In this document: positions 46,033 through 54,245 of the stretch, piece after piece
Position numbering within the stretch: position 1 is the first letter of the stretch
Layout of the letters: every line of letters begins with the position of its first letter
Assembly: GCA_024408495.1 (NCBI GenBank)
Contig: JAKSUY010000002.1
Span: 127 to 64,126, forward strand
Direction: 5' to 3'
From: Bacilli bacterium
GTDB lineage: Bacteria; Bacillota_I; Bacilli_A; RFN20; CAG-826
DNA length: 64,000 nucleotides
Position numbers and translations under genes: made by a program
The notes under the pieces: model-generated
The model's database searches: none
Seen by the model: the letters and a program-made list of their open reading frames with translations, nothing else
Told to the model about the DNA's origin: nothing

Positions 46033-48348
46033 TTATCTATCCTCCTTTAAGCCATCAAAGCTTTTGGTGAGTTTAGAGAGTAAATACTTCTTTAAGACAT
46101 TAGGAATACATCTAGCGCCTACTTCTTTAACGTTTGATTTATCCACTAAGGCCTTTAATTCATCCTCACTCACTTTAAGTGAAGCATAGTTAGAATTACT
46201 AGCTTGGAGCTCTTTTAAGCGTAATTTAAGAATATCTAATACATTTTCCTTACTAAGCGCTTTAAAGACGATGAAATGATCAATTCTACCGATAAACTCA
46301 GGTTTGAAATAACTTTTAAGTGCTTCCTTGATATTAGCCGCAGCCGTTTCATCGTTAATCGCGGTAGACATTACTAGTGATCCAATATTCTTATTAGAAT
46401 CATTACATCCTAAGTTAGAAGTAAAGATAATCACTGAGCCTCTAAAGGATAAGGTATTACCTCTTCCGTCATCGGCAATTCCTTCATCAAGCGCGACAAG
46501 TAAAGTTTTCATTACATCTGGATCAGCCTTTTCAATTTCATCAAAGACAATTACTCCACATGGATGAGCGGTAATAAACTTAGCAAGAGGAGACGAATAG
46601 TTAAATAAAGTAGCACCGCTAAATGGAACAGCATAATCAGCCATATTGACTTTAAGCATTGAGTTTTCGTTTTTAAAACAGATTTTCGCTAACTGTTTAG
46701 CGCTTTCGGTCTTTCCTACCCCAGTAGGTCCTACAAAGAATAAGGATAATGGGCGAATAGAACTTTCAAAGTCATACTTGTATTCAGTTAAGTCAGTAGT
46801 TAACTGATCAATAGCGGTATCTTGACCAATAATCATTGATTTTAATTCTTTAGATAAATTCTTGAGAGTTTCGTTTGTGACATTGCAATTGAATTTATCC
46901 TTAATAAAGTTATTTAATGAATCAACGTTAAAGATATTGTATTTAGGTTGAGTGAAACTTTTAATATTAGCGAATAAATCGTTAATTAAGGATTTAATCG
47001 CCGCTGGATTAGCCTTACCAGGATAAAACTTCTTGGTATAGCCTGATAAACGTTCCACTAATAAGTCCTTATCTATGAATTTAATACCATTACCATCTTT
47101 AGTTTCGAATTCGGTTAATAAGGATTTCGCTAAATTCTTAGCCTCTTCATCCTTCATCTCAACAAGCGTAACTTCTTTAAATCTACGACAAAGCGCTTTT
47201 TCACCAAACATAAATTGGTTATAGCGACTAGTAGTCTCCATTCCAATTACTTGAACTTTACCTTCACTTAATGCGGGTAATATCTTAGAACCTAAGTTAT
47301 TCGTTTGGTCATATTGATATCCACCATTATTAGCGAATTCAGCAAATTCATCAATTACTAGAATACAATTAGGATTCTCTTCAAAGGTTTTAAAGAGCTT
47401 CATCATATTGATTCCGGTTTCTCCAATATGCTTTTGTTCAATATTACTAGCGTTTAATTTATAGAATACTTTATCTTTTAATTCTTTGCATTTGCCTTGT
47501 GAAACAAGGTTAATGACATAATTTACTACGCTAGTCTTACCTGAACCAGACGCTCCTAAGACCATACAGTTATTCTCTTTTTTAGGTCCGCTTAAAATAC
47601 CAATAATTCTTTTAACCGCGCTATCTTGAACAACGTAGGTTTTATTAAAATCATTAGGATTGGCTTTAATTAATTCAATCCATTGTTTTTTAGTTAACAT
47701 TACTAGTTTCTCTAATGGCGTTAAATCTAAAAAGAATTCTTTATCTTTTTCTTCTCTAGTGTCATAGCTTTCTTCTAGATCATTAAGCTTGTCGTTTAAA
47801 CTTGCTTTAGCTTCTTCTAATCTATCGTCAAAGTCTTTAGGCTCATTAATACTCTTATAAGTACGGAAGTGATGATCCCAAGCATCTTCAAAGTGTAAAA
47901 TGTGGGTATCACTAGTAATTACGAATTCAAATTGTGGTGTTCCTACACCATCAATCGTTGCGTCAAAAGAGTCATAAGCGTAATTATAAACATCCCTTTT
48001 AGTGTCTACAGATAAACTATCATCATTAAACATATAGCTATGATGCCCATAACGATCAATAACTAAGTCGAACCATTTATTTATGGTTTCTTCTAGATGA
48101 TTAATAAATTCATCTTTTAATTTAAGGAAGGTTTCATTTTCCTTAGAGAAATCTAGACTCATAAAAGTCTCTTTGAAATCAATAAGATTACGGTAATAGT
48201 ACTCGTTAACCTCTAAATTATCTAGGTCAAGCGAAGCGCAATGTAGGTATCCTTTAGTTTCATCAATCAAAGTAGAGAGTCTCTTTTCTTCTACTTTAAT
48301 GTTTTGGGTGTCATTATTAGACACACCATTTAAATTGTTATTTTTCAT
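46033..48348 (-). CDS. Two-ring Clp/Hsp100-type AAA+ ATPase with a novel ~240-aa N-terminal domain
   Basis: D1 has Walker A LGASGSGKTS, Walker B ILVIDEF and ALCRRFKEV. D2 has IIGQDTAI, FVGPTGVGKTE, VIVFDEIEKADPDV, IIFTSNLG and FKPEFIGRIDHFIVF. No Clp_N repeat or UVR/M-domain was recognised. Confidence 0.8.
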   Translation of the reverse strand: MKNNNLNGVSNNDTQNIKVEEKRLSTLIDETKGYLHCASLDLDNLEVNEYYYRNLIDFKETFMSLDFSKENETFLKLKDEFINHLEETINKWFDLVIDRYGHHSYMFNDDSLSVDTKRDVYNYAYDSFDATIDGVGTPQFEFVITSDTHILHFEDAWDHHFRTYKSINEPKDFDDRLEEAKASLNDKLNDLEESYDTREEKDKEFFLDLTPLEKLVMLTKKQWIELIKANPNDFNKTYVVQDSAVKRIIGILSGPKKENNCMVLGASGSGKTSVVNYVINLVSQGKCKELKDKVFYKLNASNIEQKHIGETGINMMKLFKTFEENPNCILVIDEFAEFANNGGYQYDQTNNLGSKILPALSEGKVQVIGMETTSRYNQFMFGEKALCRRFKEVTLVEMKDEEAKNLAKSLLTEFETKDGNGIKFIDKDLLVERLSGYTKKFYPGKANPAAIKSLINDLFANIKSFTQPKYNIFNVDSLNNFIKDKFNCNVTNETLKNLSKELKSMIIGQDTAIDQLTTDLTEYKYDFESSIRPLSLFFVGPTGVGKTESAKQLAKICFKNENSMLKVNMADYAVPFSGATLFNYSSPLAKFITAHPCGVIVFDEIEKADPDVMKTLLVALDEGIADDGRGNTLSFRGSVIIFTSNLGCNDSNKNIGSLVMSTAINDETAAANIKEALKSYFKPEFIGRIDHFIVFKALSKENVLDILKLRLKELQASNSNYASLKVSEDELKALVDKSNVKEVGARCIPNVLKKYLLSKLTKSFDGLKEDR

Positions 48349-48731
48349 TTTCTAAATCTCCTTGCTTGAAAAATCTTTAGAAATGAAATACCGCTAATAT
48401 CAAACAAAAGCATTGCTGATGTTTGTAACAATTTTGTTATGCTAATTAAGTTTAACTTGCTTCTCCCGTAGGATTAGTAGGTCTTGTTAATAATCTAACA
48501 ATATTGATTAGAAGTTTTTCACTTCTGGTATTATTTTCTCATAATAAAAAAGAATTGCAATACCTATTTTCAGTATGTACGGTTTTTGGGATTTAAGTTA
48601 TGCTCTTATATTATATTAAAGCCGACTTTATGATATCTAACAATAATTATTTTTTTAACTTAATTAGATAAATAAATGGTATTTATGTACGCAAACAATG
48701 GTTTGATAGTGATATAATTAACTTGCTTGAT

Positions 48732-50903
48732 ATGTCAATAAATTCTCGTTGTCTTTATAATAGTAGCATTGATGAATTTTTAAATGCCGACGAGAAATCT
48801 ATTTTCGGGACTCTTTGTTCGAATTATCACGGTGAAGCCCTTACAACAACCAGAGAAGCCTGGAACAACGAAATAACTATCTTAAAACAAGTTTTAGCCA
48901 GCTTCGCAGGTTTAAACGGACAAATTATTTTTGAATATGATATACCGCGTCTAGGCAAAAGAATTGATGTTGTTGTTTTATTAAAAGGAATTGTATATTG
49001 TCTCGAGTTTAAAGTCGGTGAACATCAAATACACGAAGCCGACATTGATCAAGTATTGGATTATGCGATTGATTTAAAGAATTTTCATAAATTCAGCAAG
49101 GATAGAATTATTGTTCCTATCCTCATTGCGACAAATTACAACAATTCTTCTACCAACATTCAAATGTCGATATATGATGACAGGGTCGTTAACCCTCTAT
49201 TAACTGGAAAAAATGGAATTACTAATTTAATTAGTAATGTAATGAACAAATTTCCCGAAGAAAGTGAAGTTGATTCTAACTGGATTATTAGCCCATACGC
49301 TCCTACTCCAACGATAATCGAAGCCGCCAAAACTTTATACGAAAATCATACTGTTGAAAATATTACACGTCACGAGGCTGATAAAGTTTTTACTGATCGA
49401 ACAATTAATTGCATTATGAATATAATTCAAAAAAGTAAACAAAACCAAGAAAAAAGTATTTGTTTTGTCACCGGAGTTCCAGGAGCTGGAAAGACTCTTG
49501 TAGGATTAGATGTTGCTGTTCGCCAAACTTATCAAAGTAAAAATGAAACAATTAACGATGAGGGTGCGGTTTATTTATCAGGCAACGGTCCGCTTGTCGC
49601 TGTTTTAATTGAAGCTTTAGCTCAAGATAATTACAAAAAATGTAGAGAAAGGGGTGAAAAAAAGAAAATAACCGATTCACGTCGTGAAGTGAGTAAAACT
49701 ATTCAAATGATTCACCGTTATCGCGATAATATGTTGGCAAAAATTAAAAACCCAATTGAAAACAATATCGTAGAAATTGACCCAAAAAAAGCTGTAGATC
49801 AAGAACAATCTGGATATGGTGAAGTTGAACATGTTGCAATTTTTGATGAAGCACAGCGTTCATGGACACACAAAAGACTTGCTGATTATTTAAAGAAAGG
49901 TGGTACATACGGTAATAAATTAAAAGTAAGTGATTTTCCGATGTCTGAACCTTCCTTTTTAATCTGGTCTCTTAATCAGCGCAAAGATTGGGCATGCATT
50001 GTTTGTCTTGTCGGCGGTGGCCAAGAAATTAATACAGGCGAAGCTGGAATTTTAGAGTGGATAAGAGCATTAAATGAAAAATTCACTGATTGGAAAATCT
50101 ATATATCTCCTGAATTGAATGAAGAAGAATACGCTGAGGGAAGAATAAAAGAGATTTTAAAAAATAATATGAATGTTTTTTATGAAAAGGATTTACATCT
50201 TAGCGTGTCATTGCGATCATTTAGAGCTGAAAAATTATCAGCGTTTGTTCATGCATTATTATCTTTTGATGATAACGCCTCAAAAATTTATGACGAGATT
50301 AGGGATAAATATCCTATAGTTTTAACAAGAAATATGGATAAAGCAAGGGCGTGGCTTCATGATCGTGTTAGAGGCAATGAACGAACTGGCGTATTAATCA
50401 CAAAAGAATCTGCAAGGTACAAACCGCTGGCTGTTCACGTTCTGCCTTCTGGCGATGATAATGCAGTCCATTGGTTTTTGGATGATAAAGAAGATAGTAG
50501 GTCTTCAAATTATCTTGAGGACGCGGCCACTGAAATTCAGGTTCAAGGACTAGAACTTGATTATACGTGCTTATTATGGGACGCAGATATGAGATACGAA
50601 AATGGTTCATGGGGATTTTATAACTTTATATACCCAAGAGAAAATCTTAATAGTTCAAACAAAAAATACCCAGAATGGAAAAAATTAGTTCCAAATACCG
50701 AAAATAAACAAGATAAGATGAAATATATGTTGAACGCTTATAGAGTATTACTTACTCGAGCGAGATCCGGCATGGTTATCTGCGTGCCTAATGGTAATTC
50801 TAATAAAACTAAAAACGGTTATTGGGAAGACAACACAAGATTACCAGAATTTTATGATGCGACCTATAGATATTTAAAAAAGATAGGAATTAAAGAAATA
50901 TAA
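48732..50903 (+). CDS. DUF2075-type protein: N-terminal PD-(D/E)xK-like nuclease fold + SF1-like P-loop NTPase
   Basis: Nuclease-like IDVVVLLKGIVYCLEFK, Walker A VTGVPGAGKT, Walker B VAIFDEAQR and C-terminal LLTRARSGMVICV. The start is moved to ATG 48732. Confidence 0.7.
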   Translation: MSINSRCLYNSSIDEFLNADEKSIFGTLCSNYHGEALTTTREAWNNEITILKQVLASFAGLNGQIIFEYDIPRLGKRIDVVVLLKGIVYCLEFKVGEHQIHEADIDQVLDYAIDLKNFHKFSKDRIIVPILIATNYNNSSTNIQMSIYDDRVVNPLLTGKNGITNLISNVMNKFPEESEVDSNWIISPYAPTPTIIEAAKTLYENHTVENITRHEADKVFTDRTINCIMNIIQKSKQNQEKSICFVTGVPGAGKTLVGLDVAVRQTYQSKNETINDEGAVYLSGNGPLVAVLIEALAQDNYKKCRERGEKKKITDSRREVSKTIQMIHRYRDNMLAKIKNPIENNIVEIDPKKAVDQEQSGYGEVEHVAIFDEAQRSWTHKRLADYLKKGGTYGNKLKVSDFPMSEPSFLIWSLNQRKDWACIVCLVGGGQEINTGEAGILEWIRALNEKFTDWKIYISPELNEEEYAEGRIKEILKNNMNVFYEKDLHLSVSLRSFRAEKLSAFVHALLSFDDNASKIYDEIRDKYPIVLTRNMDKARAWLHDRVRGNERTGVLITKESARYKPLAVHVLPSGDDNAVHWFLDDKEDSRSSNYLEDAATEIQVQGLELDYTCLLWDADMRYENGSWGFYNFIYPRENLNSSNKKYPEWKKLVPNTENKQDKMKYMLNAYRVLLTRARSGMVICVPNGNSNKTKNGYWEDNTRLPEFYDATYRYLKKIGIKEI

Positions 50904-50925
50904 CTTATATTTATAGCACAAGATA

Positions 50926-52140
50926 TCATGAATAACTAAAAAGAGAATAAAATTTTTTCAACCAATCGAAAGATTTAGGACAGTTATATTCGCGTACGGC
51001 TTTTTTTAAATCTATGTAGAAACATTTAATAGTTTCATACTTTTTTTGACTAGATTTCCAGCTTGATGTCGCATCGCCATAATAGGAAAATAATTGGTCC
51101 TTCGGCAAAGAAGCCGGGAAAATAAAACAATTGTAAATCTCGTCACGATCGTATAAAAAAGGAGGCGCAGAAAGTCTATCGTGATTGAAATCAATGTTTT
51201 CAGCATAGGTTATCTGCTTTTGTATGCTAGAGATTTCTGGTAAACTCCCTTTGGCATAGCATTTAGAATCAATTACATACACCTTATTGTTGGCGATGTG
51301 AATAGTATCAGGAATTAATTTGTTTTTTAAAGGAGATGCTTTCCCACCAATTAAATAACTCGCGGAAGGCTCATAAATGGTTTTATTAACAACGTTACCA
51401 AGAATACTATCCACTATACTTTCAAAAACCACATCAAAACTTGAAACACCAAACGAGCTGATAACACCATCTTTACCTATTGTTTCGCAAACAATATTTT
51501 TCATGTGAGTCAGTAATAATCGATTGTCATCATTAAAAGTGCTATCGAGTTCTTTTTTTATGCAATTCAAATATTTACTTTTGAGATAGGGGGTAATAAT
51601 TTTCTTTTCCCAAGGGACAGATTTAGGATTCATGCCTTCTAACCAAATTCCTACTTTAGAAACCGCCTCATAGACACAATAATAATAGGCATCGATAATT
51701 AAAGAATTTGAAATGCATTTATTTTCGTAAATAGCATTTTTAAAATACACATCATTTCCAATAATGAAAGTCTCACCATGTAAAGTTCTTTTCCAATTGA
51801 TTCGCCCTGAAGTGTTAACTGAATAGCGCTTTTCATAAGTTAATGGACGACCATAAGTTTTGTAATGGCCAAGAATCCAAACCATTGATGATAGTGGAAA
51901 ATCATTAATGAATTCTCCTTCAACGCCTTCTATCTTTCTTAGTTCAGAACGACGTGTCCTAGCTTTATGTAGAGCCTTTAAAAAGTATTTAATATCAGCA
52001 AAAAAGTTTGGATCATCGTTCGACATAACATAATCATTCGGGACGCTTAATAAAATCTGTCCATTTTTTTCAAAATCGATGCCGACAAAATTTTTAGCCG
52101 GCTTGTGAATTATTTTTATCCTTCCTACAGGGTCAATCAT
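50926..52140 (-). CDS. McrC / LlaJI-R2-like restriction endonuclease subunit
   Basis: 404 aa, overlapping the upstream McrB-like gene by 4 nt. The PD-(D/E)xK-like core is IPDTIHI...VYVIDSKCY. Confidence 0.65.
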   Translation of the reverse strand: MIDPVGRIKIIHKPAKNFVGIDFEKNGQILLSVPNDYVMSNDDPNFFADIKYFLKALHKARTRRSELRKIEGVEGEFINDFPLSSMVWILGHYKTYGRPLTYEKRYSVNTSGRINWKRTLHGETFIIGNDVYFKNAIYENKCISNSLIIDAYYYCVYEAVSKVGIWLEGMNPKSVPWEKKIITPYLKSKYLNCIKKELDSTFNDDNRLLLTHMKNIVCETIGKDGVISSFGVSSFDVVFESIVDSILGNVVNKTIYEPSASYLIGGKASPLKNKLIPDTIHIANNKVYVIDSKCYAKGSLPEISSIQKQITYAENIDFNHDRLSAPPFLYDRDEIYNCFIFPASLPKDQLFSYYGDATSSWKSSQKKYETIKCFYIDLKKAVREYNCPKSFDWLKKFYSLFSYS

Positions 52141-54119
52141 TTGTTATTGCCTTTATGAAATAAACCATTGCGAAAAATTAAACCATCTCCATCTGTATAT
52201 TTCTTTAAGATTTTATCAAACGATTCATCTTCAAATTGGAATAATTGCGTTCTATCAATATTTTTCCCGACATCATTCCAAAGATACTCCAATACTTTAT
52301 TAGCAAAGAGGAATGGATCACCGTTGATTTCTCTTTTTTTGGCGAACCAATATCCAATTTGTCTATCCTCTTCCAATCCGTTAGCGATAATTACACGATT
52401 AACCGCATCTACGAAATCCGCCCAACTAACATTATTCGTCTTGGGGACAATGAAATCGTGTTCAGGCTTTCTAATAACATCCTCTGATTCTTCATTAGTT
52501 ACACGAATCATTTGCCATCTTCTTTTAAATGCAGCATCTAACTTAAACACATTTTGATCAGATGTATTCATAGTAGCGAAAATGAATAAATTATTTGGAA
52601 GTTTAATTTTTTCACTTATATCAATATTTTCTTGTTTAAAGTATTCGGCAATCACGTTATTAAATATACTATACTCGCTAAATCCGTTTTCATCTCTATC
52701 TAGGATTTGAAAAATATCTCCAAAAATAGCCGCAGAATTACCGCGATTTATTTCTTCGATAACCAAAGCGACTTTTCGCAGATTACCAGATTTTGAAGAT
52801 TCAATTGCTAAACGAAGTGCTTTTGTAAAAGGACCTGCTATAACTCGATAGTCTATGCCATCTTTGTTTTTTATAGGCATCAGTTGACCCACAAAATCAG
52901 AATTACTGTAATCAGGATGGAAGGTTGTTCTAATTATGAATTCTTCATCTTCCTTGGATTTTTTAAAATTTCTAGATAATAGGTGAGAATTAAGTTTGTA
53001 AGATTTTCCGCATCCTGGAATTCCATAATAAATGATGTTTGTACCAACTATTTTTTCTTCGCCAAAATCACTGTTGTTCTCATCATCTTCGTTTTCTAAA
53101 GGTTCCGTAATGCTCAAATCATCAATTTCTACTTTATTGACACTTTTATACGGCAAATCGAGCCCAAGTCTCCAAGAAAACCTACCAATAATTGCAGATA
53201 GCTCGAAATTTTTCATTGTGCTATTTCTAGTGAATTTATTGACTTCCTTGCAACACTCAAAATAATCTAATTTATAATCTTTAACTTGTAAAAATTTAAA
53301 TGTTATATCGATAAAATCATCTCCGATACAATCATAGAAAACGTTTGGATATATAAGAAATAAATATTTTTTAAACCATTTACGAATTTTGCTAAAACCA
53401 ACTTCTTTACAGTTCTTGTTTATCAATTTGACAATATCATCAAAAGAAGAAACTTCGTCTAACTTAGCAAATTGTCTAGGGGTAAAGTTAATTTGTTTAG
53501 ATTCAATAAAATTGAAAATGTCAATGAATGCTGTTCTTATTTCTTTAGCTTTTTTGATCGCGTCATCTTCAGAGATCTCCTTTTTTTCAAACCACCAAGC
53601 AGTTTTATTTTCCTTTTCCTTTCTGCAATAAGCAAAACCCTTGTTGACGCAACTTCCATCTCTGGCCTTTGGGCCGAAATTCGATGCTTCCATTTCCATA
53701 ATCAAACTTTTAAAGGTTTCGTTTACGCGACGACCGGCGTTAAAAAATTTATTTAAGAATTCTTCATCAGACATTTTATCAATTGCATTTTTTCCAAATA
53801 AATCGTTAAAAGAAGTGATGTACATTTTTCTGCCATCTAGTTCGTGCGAAAAACGTATTTCATCAATAATACTGTTTAAATCACAATTTGATTTGTTAGT
53901 GTTTAACTTATTAAGATTATTAAGATAATTTTTAAATAATTTAATTATGCTGTTGCAATTCTCTTCTTGTTGTTTATACACTTTTAATTTAGTAATTTCG
54001 CTCGGTATATTTTTTGCGTTTGTTGCAACGAATATATTAGGGTTCTCTTTTACAATTAATTCGTATAAATTACTATAACCATCTTTTTCGCATAAACGCA
54101 AATAAGTGTAAAAATACAT
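52137..54119 (-). CDS. McrB-like AAA+ GTPase restriction subunit with an unrecognised ~350-aa N-terminal domain
   Basis: Walker A YGIPGCGKS, Walker B/McrB signature LVIEEINRGN, FIFATMNTSDQ and AAFKRRW. Confidence 0.75.
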   Translation of the reverse strand: MYFYTYLRLCEKDGYSNLYELIVKENPNIFVATNAKNIPSEITKLKVYKQQEENCNSIIKLFKNYLNNLNKLNTNKSNCDLNSIIDEIRFSHELDGRKMYITSFNDLFGKNAIDKMSDEEFLNKFFNAGRRVNETFKSLIMEMEASNFGPKARDGSCVNKGFAYCRKEKENKTAWWFEKKEISEDDAIKKAKEIRTAFIDIFNFIESKQINFTPRQFAKLDEVSSFDDIVKLINKNCKEVGFSKIRKWFKKYLFLIYPNVFYDCIGDDFIDITFKFLQVKDYKLDYFECCKEVNKFTRNSTMKNFELSAIIGRFSWRLGLDLPYKSVNKVEIDDLSITEPLENEDDENNSDFGEEKIVGTNIIYYGIPGCGKSYKLNSHLLSRNFKKSKEDEEFIIRTTFHPDYSNSDFVGQLMPIKNKDGIDYRVIAGPFTKALRLAIESSKSGNLRKVALVIEEINRGNSAAIFGDIFQILDRDENGFSEYSIFNNVIAEYFKQENIDISEKIKLPNNLFIFATMNTSDQNVFKLDAAFKRRWQMIRVTNEESEDVIRKPEHDFIVPKTNNVSWADFVDAVNRVIIANGLEEDRQIGYWFAKKREINGDPFLFANKVLEYLWNDVGKNIDRTQLFQFEDESFDKILKKYTDGDGLIFRNGLFHKGNNK

Positions 54120-54143
54120 AATGTTTCTCCTTTAAAATCTTAA

Positions 54144-54158
54144 TTTGATTATATCAAA
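54144..54158 (-). promoter_or_regulatory. Extended -10 promoter (minus strand TTTGATATAATCAAA) for the McrBC-like operon
   Basis: TGATATAAT lies about 25 nt upstream of the AGGAG SD and the ATG at 54119. Confidence 0.45.
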
Positions 54159-54245
54159 TTATTGGGTACAAGTTTTGTTTTTTTCGATAGCATATAAACA
54201 AATCACAAATTAACTTTTAAAGTATTTTTATGAGTTTAAAGTATA

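Noticed and set aside
48349-48731. Recurrent TAACAA/TTGTTA inverted motifs in the 380-nt divergent spacer between the Clp-like operon and the DUF2075 gene, considered as possible operators or an sRNA
   Set aside because: The motifs are short hexamers in very AT-rich DNA, with no terminator or extended conservation visible. This cannot be distinguished from chance without comparative data.
52168-53928. Six 77-129-aa plus-strand ORFs antisense to the McrB-like gene
   Set aside because: They overlap one another, have low-complexity Ser/Leu/Phe-rich translations, and are antisense to a gene with clear McrB motifs.
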